DNA from: Rotaria socialis
Taxonomy: Eukaryota
Direction: 5' to 3'
Assembly: GCA_905331295.1 (NCBI GenBank)
Contig: CAJNYD010000333.1
Coordinates: forward strand, 186,001 to 221,351
DNA length: 35,351 nucleotides
Below are positions 22,815 to 35,351 of the stretch, in pieces. Positions within the stretch are counted from its first letter, which is position 1, and every line of letters starts with the position of its first letter. The notes under the pieces were generated by a model that did not search any database, was not told where the DNA came from, and saw nothing but the letters and a program-made list of their open reading frames with translations. The position numbers and the translations under genes are program-made.

Positions 22815-23741
22815 AATATCTAACGCGAGAGAATAAATAAATAAAATTTATATGGGTCGATCTATTTATATCGAACACAGAAAAGAAGATGAACGTACGA
22901 TTCGCGTCTATATGTTCTCTATTTCATTTGTATCTGTGCATGCTGTTTAACCCTCGATTGAAAAGAAATATAGTATGGTCACAAAGTGATTGTTTACTTT
23001 TTATTCTTTTCTTTATCCACGAGAAAGAAGATTTCATAGCTATAGAAAGAATAAAGAAAATTAACATCCAATCGAGAGAACAAATAGATTTATTTCTATA
23101 GGATTATTTAATGACGCAGATGAAAAACATTTCATAACGTGTTATCAGTCATTACCATTAAACGTCAAAAACAGAAGCTCTGTCATATTCAATGTAATAG
23201 ATTAAAATAATCTATGATCATAAAAAAATTGTTCTTTATTTTTATTTTTGTTAAATAAATATAAAAAATATTTAGAAAATGATAGGAAAATAAAAACGAT
23301 GATATTAGCTTCAATATATTGTCATTTCACTTTGACTTTTGTTGTATTGCTCACCAACGAGGACAAATTTCTAGACAATATCATTAGACTAAATAAAGAA
23401 TAGTATAAGTGTCAGTAATTCAAATTCAAAACGTATTGTACATTAAGTAGAAAGCTTTTAAAACGATTTTTTTAATCGTTTAGAATGTGAAATTTTCTTA
23501 CAGTTTATAAATTTAGTTTTAAGATACGAAATTTATTATCAAGTATTCAGATTATGAATAGTATGTTAATCTAATCGTTAGCATCATAGATGAACTAGAT
23601 TAAAACCAATCATAACTGATCAATTGTTAGAAATGTTTTTGTTTCCAGTAGAAACGCCTGTATACCTTTTAGTAACTTTATGATTAAGTTTATTTCAATA
23701 ATAAATCGAATTTTTTTGTTGTTGCTTTTATTAATCGTAGT

Positions 23742-25571
23742 TCAAGATGAAGAGCTGTCACTGTCACTTGTCGTAATACTACTGGAAGTGGTTGACACTC
23801 GTTTTCGAGAGACCGGTTGCAAACTTGTACTAATAGAATAAGGTTATCAAATGAAAAAGTTTCATTATTTTTTGTACTTCGCCGATGTTCGACTTGTCAT
23901 TGAATTTAGATCGATCCGAATAAAATCATCTTGATCATTTTGATTTCGATTATATTGTCGTATGACTTTCGTTGTTGATTGCTCGGATTGAGAACTTGAT
24001 GTTCTACTAGTGGAACTAGATTTGCTATAGCTTTTACTCTTGGTATTTGTTGATGAACTTGACGAATTCGAAGATGTACTGTTTGTAATTGTTTCAGTAC
24101 TATTACTAGACGATGATGAAGTGTCTCGACTATCAGAAGATGAGTCAAGTCTATTATTTTTCTTCTTCATATGATTCTGTTTTGGAAATGAAATAGTTCT
24201 ATTCACCTAAAAGAAATATGTATGGGCTGCTTAGAGCTATAGTTTGACAAAAAGAAAGAGCCTTTACCGCTTGTTGATTAGCATTAAACCAGAAAAGTCC
24301 TGTAGTATTTCGTGTTGTTGCTGGTAACGAATACTGCGTTGCAAGCGTTTTAATAGTTGAAAGACGTTTTGGATAATGATAGTTTGGTGTTTGTGTATAG
24401 AATTTATGTTGATTAGCATTAAATGATATTCTCTCTAGTGAACTATGAGTGGTTTTAATTTTTGGTATACCGTCAACCGTATGTGCACTTTGAATATACT
24501 GTTTTTGTTCGTTGGTATTTTGATATAGTAATGTTGAATCCGGTAGAGATGACAAGGATTTCTCTTTTATATTAGATAAACGACTAATAAATGGTACTGA
24601 AATAGCTAATGAGGAGAAAAAAGATCATAATTGTAGCTGTGTCATCTCACTTACCAGAATCTTTTGATGGATTTTGCACTTCTGACGAATTGACAGTAGT
24701 CGATATAGATTTTATATCCTTAAAGTCATAGCGTAAGCCTTGTAATGGTAGTTGCATTTGATTATTATTATTTTCCTGGTTGGTACTAATATCTCCCTGA
24801 ATATTCATAGCTGATGGATGTTTTGCTTGAAAAGAATCTTCCACGTGAATTTCTTTTGTAAGTGAAATCTTAACATGGTCTCCACCACTAATACTTCGTC
24901 TTTTGTTTCTTGATTGAAAGTTTTTTATCGGTTGTTGTACAACGTATGTGCTTTGCTTTGATGAATTTCTTTTAAACAAACTACGTAATAATGATGATCG
25001 TTTATTCGTATTTGATGTTAACTTTGTTGATTGTGCAGCATTATTAAATGATGTGAAAACATGAGTAGATCGTTGTTGAGGAATTAACAGACTCAAATGC
25101 GACAGATTATCCTATGAGTAGATCAATTCATACTAAGATAAAACCAGATATAGTATATAGCTACATAAGAAAATGACTCTCTATTGTTAGATGATACAAG
25201 TTCGTCTTCTTCAATGCTGAATGCGATTTTACTAAATTCATAAAAGACAAATAGGTTATGTGAAAGTATTAAAAAATTACTCTTTCACAACATCGGAAGA
25301 CGATGATTTTGATTCAATTGATGATGTTAGTTGTAAAAATTCAAATGCGTGTGACTTACTCAATTTGTCAGGTGACTAGAAAATAGAGCATGAGAAAGTT
25401 ATCTACATTTTTTTCACTGATGATTACTTCAATTATCATATTAGGATGCGAATATTCTTTGATGTTATCATTAGATGTAACATTGCTGTCAACTGCGGAG
25501 CGTTGTTCCCATGAATTTGATCGAGCAGAAAACAATAGATTTTTCATATAGAATGGATTCGAATTCGACAT
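23742..25571 (-). CDS. Uncharacterised Ser/Thr-rich low-complexity protein, ~7 exons
   Basis: ORFs 25368-25613, 24647-25096, 24199-24555 and 23865-24206 join through short GT-AG introns (e.g. donor 25427 / acceptor 25376). Last exon NTSLQPVSRKRVSTTSSSITTSDSDSSSS*. No domain recognised. Confidence 0.65.
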
Positions 25572-27485
25572 TGAATAATAGAGAAATAAAACAACATCAA
25601 CGATAAATTTCAAAAACTTATCTCACAATACTGAAAAATAGAGACAGTCATTGTAGTTTACGAAAATAAAACATTGAAGAGCGCCATAAGTAACTGACTG
25701 AGAACTTTTCCGCTTGAAGAAAACAAGATAACGGTATATGACTGCAATATGCTATCTATCATTATTCACGTGTCGTGAAAATTGACCAATAGCATGTGTT
25801 ACAGGAGAGATATCAAAAGATTTCAATCGTTTATATCATGTAACTTAACGTATGTTCTTAGTGAAATGATTTCTTTCACATTGATGATCCAAGAATTATT
25901 ATCACACCGTATTTGTACTCGCTTTGTTATGTGTTCTCAGGTACGACGCTACTTTCATGAATGTTTACACACTTTGCATCAAAAGTCTACATGGTGCTGT
26001 AGTATAGTAGATTGGTTGAAACATTTTATCTCTTTTGAAATTGTTCCACATTGAAAATCAATTAATTATGAATTATGATGAAGAAAAATTGCCGTATAGA
26101 GTTTCTCAAGTTCAATATTTTGCTGAATAAATGACATCAAGTGCACTAGTGTCATTTCTGAGACAATCCTTCACTAAGTTCTGTAAACTTTCATTGGTTT
26201 TTCTCTAATATTACGTACTAAATACTCACAGTGTTGATCGAAGACTTATTGGCTACTAAGACAGTTTGCCCTTCAAAAGGATTACATTATTGTGTAGCAC
26301 TACAATTGGTGCTTGAACAAGAGTGTGATCTTCTTTTAGCTGTTGACGTCAAGTTTTAGTCTAAGCGAAATTTAAATTTTTCTCTACTTTCTTATCATAG
26401 TTGTTAAAACTGAAATTATCGGATCAATTGCAATGAACGAAATTTATTTTGCAACTCAAGTTATTCATTATGTGAACATTACGTTCGCGCTATCACACGA
26501 TTATTATTCGAGCCACTTGTGCCCGTTTTAGATCCTGATAGAAAACTGTTTTCAGGCTTATTTAATAACTGTTGATCCTGAGTTCTTCTCGTTATTCTAT
26601 TGAGTCATAATACTCAAAACACCTGGAGTTGTCGTTCTGTGATGCCAAAATCGATTAAAAACCAGAAATATGACATAATGCAGCAACTGAAGACGAGATT
26701 AACATAGAAAACATTACCCAATCAACTATGATAATGTATTGATCTCCATTGTCATCATCGAGCGAATTTCACAACGCTCTAGAACAAAATTCATTGTAAT
26801 CAACAAAACCAGTTACCGATTCACAACTACTCTAAGCTTCTCTAACAATAACTGCTTTCAACCGCATACATATCTCACATCTCTCAAAAGCACGGAGTGA
26901 GGAAAAAAAGCAGTGTTTCCCTTGTTAAAAGAAAGATAGAATACCCTTCGTGAAACAAGAACAGCAGCTAAAGCAATTAATACTCCAAACAATACTCGTT
27001 AAGCGATGAAAGGCTTCCTATGCTCTACCGTATGAAAACCCAAACCAAAACAACACAGAAACCATCTTCCTTATGTCCTGAAACACCAAAACACATGCTA
27101 TCAAACATGTCTAACATTAAAATTTCTCAATTAACTTAAACCATCAAAACAGACTTATTCATCAACAAAGAAATTATGAAAAACATGAAGCAAAAAAAAA
27201 GACAAGTGATTTCTCACTACCGATAAGAAATCATACAGGACGCTAAACCATACCGCAAGCACTCGCCAAAAAATGAAAAACTACAACCAGATCGATAACA
27301 GTGATAGACGTTTTACTGGAAAAAAAGGACAACATGTGAAACATTTCAAAAAGCCAAATAAAACCGAAACCGCCTATAAAAAAAAGATTTCAAATAGTCT
27401 CAAGCTATCTGGAAATTACGGAACAGCGTCATGAGAGCCTTCATGTCATTTAAACCGTCGCATAAGAGAGTGGATGGCACCCGTA

Positions 27486-30163
27486 TCAGACAAATTCATG
27501 ACGACGCCGTCTTCGGTACGATTTCGACTTGATCACAGCAATAGCACGAACACTCAGCGTTGACGTTGTACTAGTCGTCATTACAGTTGTCTGTCCTCTT
27601 GTGCCTGTGAATGGTAACTCGCCTGTAGTTGGTTGCATAGATGCGCCCATACCGGTGGTTGGTTGTCTGGCACCTGTCACTGGTGAACCAGCTGTCACTG
27701 GTTGTACGGATGCTCCCATACCTGTGGTTTGCTGTCTTGTGATTGTGATTGGTAACCCGCCTGTTGTTGGTTGCATAGATGCTCCCATGCCGGTGGTTTG
27801 TTGTCTTGTACCTGTCACTGGTGAACCAGTTGTCGTTGATTGTACGGATGCTCCCATACCTGTGGTTTGTTGTGTTGTGCTTGTGATTGGTAACCCGCCT
27901 GTTGTTGGTTGCATAGATGTCGCATACCAGTGGTTTGTTGTCTTGTGCTCGTGATTGGTAAACCAACTGTCGTTGGTTGTATGGATGCTGGCATGCCAGT
28001 CGTTTGTGGTGTAGTGGTCGTAATGTTAGTGGGTAATGTGTTGGCTTGTGTGGAATTACGCGCGGTATTCGCTGTTGGCGTCAAGTTTGTTGTTTGGCTG
28101 TTTACTGTAAATGAAATAGGATATATAATGCGGGGATGTGTGTGATTGGTTCTTGGTAAACCAATGTTCTGTGGGTAGGCTGTTGAGATATGAATTGGAA
28201 GCGTTTCTAATGCGGTGCATGTCTAACAAAGTGCTACAGCTGCAAAGGATTTGTTTAGAAATTCGATGGTATCTTATTCGTGTAGGGATTAGCTCGAGTG
28301 AATTGTTCTATGTTTTTTGTTTCTGGAAGAGTTAGGGTAGAGTGTTCGTAATCGTGTATGTGTGTTATTTCAGAAGAAGAGTATATTAAATGAAATAATA
28401 GCGCAATGAGAGTTTTCGACATTTGCAATTATTAGTGCTTCTTGCGACGTATTAGAAACAAGTAGTTTTAGGACTGGGTGTGATTGAGTAAGGAAGGAAT
28501 GAGATTCTTATGCAAGTGGATCTTGTGAAAGATATAGATTAATTGATTATTCTTAAAAATGTGTTTTTATGTTGTATTGATACATAAATTGGAAGGTTGC
28601 TCAAGGGTGATTGTCTCGTCGAAGAAGAAGACAAACAATAAAATAGGTATTTACTTATGAGTGGTGAAAACATGGTTTCATGAATAATTTGTAGGATCTG
28701 AACGAAAAAGGCCTCTCACTCCTCTAAGGGAATGGTTACTGTTTCTTTCTCTTGCATGAAGTCAGATGGAACTCATTGTGTAATTCTATGAATTCAGGAT
28801 GCAATGGATGACAATTCTAAATATAACCGACTATGTATTCTCCTACGAGGAAGCAAGGTAATGTCGCCGGTCAGAGGCATAGGTGAAGGTTTTGTGTATC
28901 TATCAAGAAATCAAATCAGATGTCGTCAGCGCTTTGTTCTGATTTTACCACAACTCAACTCACAGTAATATTTTAATGACAAGTTGAACAGTTCTTTTGA
29001 GGTGCTAGTTTTTTGTAGAGAAACAAAATAATTGAAGGATATAAATAAAAGTAAACGGCAAGCTGCGTACGTGTTAAGCAAAAAATAGATTGATGAATGA
29101 TAGGGTATGTATCTTATTCCTGGAAGAGTAGGCTGAGCATAGAATGTTTAGAATAACTTCTTTTATGAAATAACTAAAGATCAATACGTGGACAATGTTC
29201 GTGGAAGCATCGTGCACCTATCTCACTTGGTTTTATTTATTCATTTTAGAACTAAAATTTTGTACCAATAACGTTTTTTAAGAGATTAGATTATTGATAC
29301 GTTAAACTATCGAATATGAAAGAAATCTGAGTTTACTTATTAATCGATTTTTCAAACTCATATTTATTGTGCCTAGGCGAGTAATTGTGCGCGCGCGTAT
29401 CTAAATTGTTATGGAAAGCTTCGATGGAATTATCAGAATGAAAACTCTACAAAGTTTCGCTATGAAAAAAGAAGTTTGGTGGAACTACAAAACAGTTCCA
29501 TGAAAAATATTTTTTCTATCAAAATTATGACACAGGAAGGTTATGTTTTAATATAAAATGTTAAAAACTATAAACATGAAACTATGATATATTTTTGTTT
29601 TTCTATTTGGAACGCAACGTAACGGTACAATACGAGCTTATTTCACTCATACATTTATGCTGTGGACGAGAAATTTTAGATAGTGTCTTTCTTCGAAAAA
29701 CTTGGTGCTTTAAGCTCAATATTGAGCTGAGAATAGTAAAAATAATATATCAAGCATCTATATAGTAAGGCCATCCTAACAGAAATAGACTAATGAAGAT
29801 AGTGTTTTTTTACCTGTTGTTGTACATAGCAGGAATCTAGAAAGATAAATTCAAGTAATCATTAGATTACGAGTGTAACGATACTTACATCATAATGCCT
29901 ATCATGCTTGTAAAACGTTGCATCGTTTGAATTAAGAATGATGGATTTGACAGGAACGACTGATTATATAGGCGATTCTTCTCTGTTTTCGTTAGATATT
30001 TTTCTTAGAACCAATATAAAATATGGCATTTAATTGCGTTTGTTTTTTATGCCTGATTGCACTTCATTGATATATGACGTATCAATTCTCCACAAGCACT
30101 CTCTACTGTCTTCTCAACTGCAAATTTGATTGAATAATGGTAAGAACAGAAAAAATATTTGCA
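27486..30163 (-). pseudogene. Possible decayed secreted/surface LRR-like protein with Thr-rich stalk
   Basis: Signal-like MQIFFLFLPLFNQICS from ~30163, residual splice sites, LRR-like scraps at 28680-28900 and a CSC motif near 28240, then the frameshifted Thr repeat. Many stops; the family call is weak. Confidence 0.3.
27590..28020 (-). repeat. 69-bp (23-aa) Thr-rich mucin-like tandem repeat, ~6 units
   Basis: Anchors at 27631, 27700, 27769, 27838, 27907 (69-bp steps) and 27975 (68-bp step). Encodes MQPTTGGLPITSTTQQTTGMGAS-type units. Confidence 0.9.
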
Positions 30164-33100
30164 TAGTATTTTCAAGTGCTATGACCGGGTATTTAATTTA
30201 TAATAGCGGAAGAAATAATCTATAGGAACAGTATAAAACTGTTTTCGAGCACGAGAAATAGCTTAAAAGGACGTTTAGCATACAGTACGGCTGACTAACT
30301 ACTTCAATCATTTTTATTTTCATTTCAATAGCAAAAAATCTATCCATTTTCCAATTAGATACGAGTATATCTTAGCACTTGTTGCATTGCGTTAAAGTAT
30401 ATACTTATTCAATCGATAAACGTTAAGAGAAGTGTTGTTTTGAAAACACACTCTTGATAAATGGTTACTTTGAATAGGTAAAAGTACAAATTTTAGAACG
30501 TAATAACACGTCTCTGTAATAACTGTATCTGGTTTAATGTGGATGGCTTGCCAGCACTAAAAACAGCGCACTTGAATAGAAAATGAGATTTTTTTATTCG
30601 ATTAGTAATACGCAATTACGACACCCTTGAAAAAACATTGTTCAATCTGTTCTTCATAAGTCAGATCGGATTGTCTAGTCTCATATTTCGATAATTTTAG
30701 TCTATTTTTTGGCCTACGGAATGTATTTGGAATATATGAAAAAATATCTGTATTATTCGTCTTTACGTTCACTGGTCGTATAGGTACACGATTATTTCTT
30801 TTCTCTGTTAACCTATATGAACTTGATGATCTTTATTTATTTATTCAGTCATATTTTTACTGAAACTAGTTAAAATTTGATTATGAGTACTAGTAGACAT
30901 ATTAATATGGCACAAAAAGGAAAAGGTGATTAATGTGATATCGTATCGATTTTCAAAATACATTATGAAAATTGTTCACCAACGTAGTAAATCTCCATCA
31001 CTACAACGGTATCGAACAAATGGAGTTGAATATCAATATGATGATAATGTAAAATTATTATCAACAACAAAAATAACTCTTAATAGAAAAGAAGAAATAA
31101 TTACTCGAAAAATGATCAAGCAACAACAGCCAATAGAATAATATGTACAAATTCCAATTCCAATTCGACTACCAACGACTGACGCAATAAACATTATGAA
31201 AATCATGCAAGTTCATTTCTAATTTTTAATCAAGCACTCACCTATCTAATATCAACATATCAACAACCTCTTAAATTAGAATGTAAACTAAAAATGAAAG
31301 ATCTAAAACAAAGTAGCTAAATTTATTCAACATTTCTTCAACTGTATAGGAAATCATGTTTATCAACAGAAAACCAATCATCAAAGACAAAACAAATTTC
31401 GAACAACGATAGATTAGCAAGAAAGGTTATATTCAAGAAATGATAGCAGTAATTGATTTATATGCATTTCTATGTAACTCATATCGATATCCAAAAAGAA
31501 ATTAATAATGTTAATAATTATTACACCTCACCCTTCTAAACATTGACTACCACAAATATCTGTCATTTTAAAATTGCATTAAAAACTCAATATCGGATAA
31601 TGAACATGAACAAGAATTGGAAATAAAACTGGAATCAATTTATTTTGTAGAATATATCATTGGAACTCTTATATACAAGAAGCAGACTCGTATAAAGTGA
31701 TTTTCAAAATGAAATGGAATATAGTACAATTTAAAACTTAATCCATTATAGTAGATACAGTAAAGATCGCAATGATGAAGAAGATTATAACTTGTGTGAA
31801 ATAAAATATCATAACTGCAGTGAGCCACATATATCCATTGATCATAGTCATAATTATTTATTCAAAAATATCAGTGGAAACTGGTACTTGAATTCAAAAA
31901 TCATTCTGATCTACTGTCAACTGCAGCTCAACTATTTATTACGATTGAATATCATGATAACGGTATAAGAAACAAAGGGTTTTATAAAATAAATCAGATC
32001 AAAATTAACAGTTTAAAAGAAATCTACGCTATCATCCAGATGCTGATCATTTAAATAGCAACTGGAATAAAGTCATGGAACTACTAACGGATCAAATAAA
32101 CGTACTAAAAGAAACCTATGCTTTTGAACAAAATAAAAGAGAGGGTAATTATCCGGCAAAAAATTTGAACGCGAATTGAAATGTTCACTTCAATGACTGA
32201 TATTATTGATTCTGCACTATCTTCTACATGTGTGGGTTTAATGGTTCGAGAGAATAGTTGTCGAGAGAATTCTACAATGGAATGTTTTGAGTTGAATAAC
32301 TACAAATGAAAAATCTGGATATATTTCTAATCGGAGATTTTCAACTTGTATTATTTCAATAGTCGAGGATCTTTGACTAACTGGTGTGGTTTCAAACCAC
32401 CTAGCACTTTCAATTATCGTTGACTTTTCCCTCGTCTTCACTACATATGGTATTTTGCACTGATGATAAATCTTGATTAATGAAACATGCCTCTGCAACT
32501 TCATAGATGGTTAGTTTTTTGATAGCAAAATCGAATAATGACAATCTAATACGGCGATGCAGAACAGAGGCTCATCAGGATGTCTCCATGCGCTCCACAG
32601 GGTCGAATCTATCTGTGTTAATTGTTTCTTATGCACGTTCATTTTGTAACATCATACAACACTCAATAGAATATTTAAAATTTCAAACAAAAAAATATTG
32701 AAAGCTTAGAAAATTTAGCCGATAAGAATATATTTCTGATTGATATAGCTAAAGCAAATAAGGCAATTCTAATACATGGTACAGCAATAGGTTTCAACTC
32801 AAAAATTGAGCATAAGAAAATTCTAGTTGATTGTACGACATCTTTAAAATTATTCATACTAGAGTTTGAGACTAAACTAGACTAAGAAGTGCTTAATCCA
32901 AAGTTGCTTGACAAAGACAAGAATAATTTATAACTTAATAAATCCTTCTAAATGGGACGATCTTGCTAGTCTTCTATTCGCTCGAGAAGTATCATTATTG
33001 GATTATATTTAGAAAAACTGAAAGAAACTTACACAAAATTTCAAAGCATCTTCTGAAGAGCTCGACTTTCAACCAACAACACATGCTTTTTATAACACTT

Positions 33101-34089
33101 TCTCAATCTCTTGAAAGTGTACTGTAAAATTCTGAAATAGTTTAGCTGAAGGAGCGAAAATACCAAATCATACATTATTGTATTCTTTCTTTCTGTTTTT
33201 TTTAATATCTGAACATATTTTTATATTATTTTTTTCTTAACCAACTAAAGAAATAATTAATCTTTTGATGTTAACAAAAGTATATGTGAACATATCATAG
33301 GATTGTTGCTCTCGAAGATGATTGATGGAAAACATTTTAATTCTCAATGAATACATAACAAAATACATTAGTATCTTGTTTCTCTATGATTTGCAATCAA
33401 TTATTTTTTCAAGTTTGTACGCAGTGTGTAATTAAAAAAACTGAAAATTAACGCTTCAACTACCATAAATTTAAAAAAAAAAATGTATCGAGCAACTGTT
33501 ACCCATAGAGCGATGACGTACTCTCAAATTATGCGCAACAAATTCAATCAACGTTGCAACTGACCGAAAAAATTCGATGTCCTTCACATCCACATTCACA
33601 ACAACAGCGTGTTTTATATTTCACAGGCATCACTCCACGTGAATTCTCGTGTCTACTATTCATCCACTTAGTTAATATTTCTACTTTGACACAAATCCTG
33701 TATAAGCATAACAATCATTATGAGGAAGATGATGAAACGATTACAGAATTGCCTAACTTCAAACAGTTCAATTGAAGTAGAATTTGAGCAGCAAATAAGA
33801 GCAAAAATATTACAGATTTTTCAAAATAGAATCGTTTTACATGGAAACTTATTAGAAACATCTAACTAATAAATACAGAAGTGAGTGCGCGCTGTTGCAA
33901 TATCAATCTTTGATGAACTAATTAATTTGCGACTTCAAACCGGAGATAATCAGAGAAACTACTTGTATACTCATCATTCTTGATTTGATTTAGTGCAATA
34001 CTAGTACAATACTATGATTATCAAAATTTCACTAACTTCATACCAAAAAGGCCGCAGAGATTGATATCTAAGAAACAATATTGGCTACG

Positions 34090-34263
34090 CCATGGATATG
34101 GATGTGGAGTGTCGGTGTAAATACTGAAGAACTGACCACTGATCACATTGATGGTGTGTCCAGTGGAGCGCTAACGCGATTTTCGGTGTAGTCGGTGCTC
34201 CAGTGGACACTATTGGCGCAAATTGGTGGTCAGTACATCGACACTGCACACACCTAGCCATGG
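34090..34263. mobile_element. Small foldback MITE-like element
   Basis: Nested inverted pairs: ccatgg..gtgtcggtgta / tacatcgacac..ccatgg; ctgaccac / gtggtcag; gtgtccagtggagc / gctccagtggacac. Confidence 0.65.
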
Positions 34264-35281
34264 ATCAGAATACTTATTCAATCAAATCGAATTCATGCAT
34301 CGCTGCCAGGGGTTATTTTAAATAAAACAACTACACTATTTTTATTACATCTCTTTTGTTAGTGCGCAGCCAAAATATTTCACTGATGATTCCTCTAACA
34401 CCGCTCAACCAGCTCTAGCACAATGATACGAATAGGTTTCCACGAATGCTGTACGAGCAACACTGATCAAATATCATCATCTTACATCGGTCAATAAAAT
34501 ATATCCTGTGTACAAAAATCATCTCGAAATCTTGCTATTATTGATGGAAATGAGTGATCACCGTATAGCTCTCTTTCCCGATTTCCTTACACATGGATAT
34601 CAGCAAACACAATATACAAGCATTATCATAGATCCGTAATTTGAACTCCGACATTATTGTAGGAGTAAGTGTCATATGGCGGATGTTTACCTTCATGTAA
34701 AATAGCATTTGCCTTGGACACTAATTCACTAGCGAGCACCGCTTCAAACCTGGAACCATCAATAAGTATATTACCATTTGAAGTCAACAACCCACATTAC
34801 GACTTAGTCTTACAACCAAAATCAAAATGTTCCAACATCACTCCTGAGTAAGAATCATCAACAAAACGTCCAGACCTTCCTGTTTCTATTCCAAAGACAA
34901 CAAGAAAAACACGAATCAGTTAATCACATAATACGCATCCAACAACCTTGAACATAACGAGAAGAAAAAAACAGAAGTCACATATCGCCAAAAGAAAAAT
35001 AAGCAAAACTTAAACGCGGACAAGTTGAAAAAGTACCAGAAAAAAAGCAATCTCTATGGAAAAGCTAACTCACAATCCACAACAAATAGGATTTTGTGAA
35101 ACAGCTGCAAAAAAAAATGAGTCTTCACCAACCACCAAACTTCAGCTCAACCATCTGCGGCAATTCTCACCCCAACTGCCGACGACGTCTAACAGAAATC
35201 CTACGGGTTGTACCTGTAGCACTACCAGTCAGTGGTGATCTAGTGCCAGTGGCATTACCAGCAATTGTGATCGGTGGCAGC

Positions 35282-35351
35282 GGCGATCCTGCTCGGGTTG
35301 CTGGCATCGTTGATCCTGCTCGGGTTACCGCCATCGGCGATCCTGCTCGGG
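35282..35351 (+). repeat. 27-bp GC-rich tandem repeat running off the window end
   Basis: gatcctgctcggg at 35285, 35312 and 35339. Confidence 0.85.

Noticed and set aside
26640..27480. Possible ADP-ribosyltransferase relic on the + strand
   Set aside because: Only faint fragments in shifting frames; needs BLASTX.
27529..28145. Val/Cys-rich + strand ORFs
   Set aside because: Antisense shadow of the Thr-rich repeat.
30900..33950. Short ORFs resembling decayed F-box/LRR genes
   Set aside because: No continuous frame or diagnostic motif to support a call.
35282..35351. CRISPR-like repeat/spacer pattern
   Set aside because: 13-bp core with related 14-bp spacers in eukaryotic DNA and no cas genes; it is a minisatellite.

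Overview
AT-rich, intron-dense eukaryotic DNA, most likely a bdelloid rotifer. This is inferred from ~50-60 nt GT-AG introns, short interstitial (TGTGGG)n tracts and the gene families present. Intact genes: a 2-exon AIG1/GIMAP GTPase (+), an intronless secreted beta-propeller-like protein (+), and three co-oriented minus-strand genes. These are a Ser/Thr-rich disordered protein, a ~19-exon Piwi-clade Argonaute with intact slicer residues, and a 10-exon ~1273-aa homologue of trifunctional GART (GARS-AIRS-GART). The main candidate novelty is the GART homologue: its spliced reading frame is fully intact, but signature catalytic or ligand-binding motifs of all three domains are replaced, and it has gained an N-terminal extension and a basic/acidic insert, suggesting a repurposed pseudoenzyme next to Piwi. 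Between the two genes lie a decayed piwi duplicate cut by microhomology-flanked deletions and a duplicated ~400-bp non-coding unit with a 97%-identical 92-nt core. A transposon cluster at 7.5-10.5 kb (hairpin MITE, 1.3-kb foldback, solo-LTR-like unit) truncates a Kelch gene. Several decayed gene relics with strong strand-biased composition fill the flanks. All calls are from manual reading; no database searches were run.
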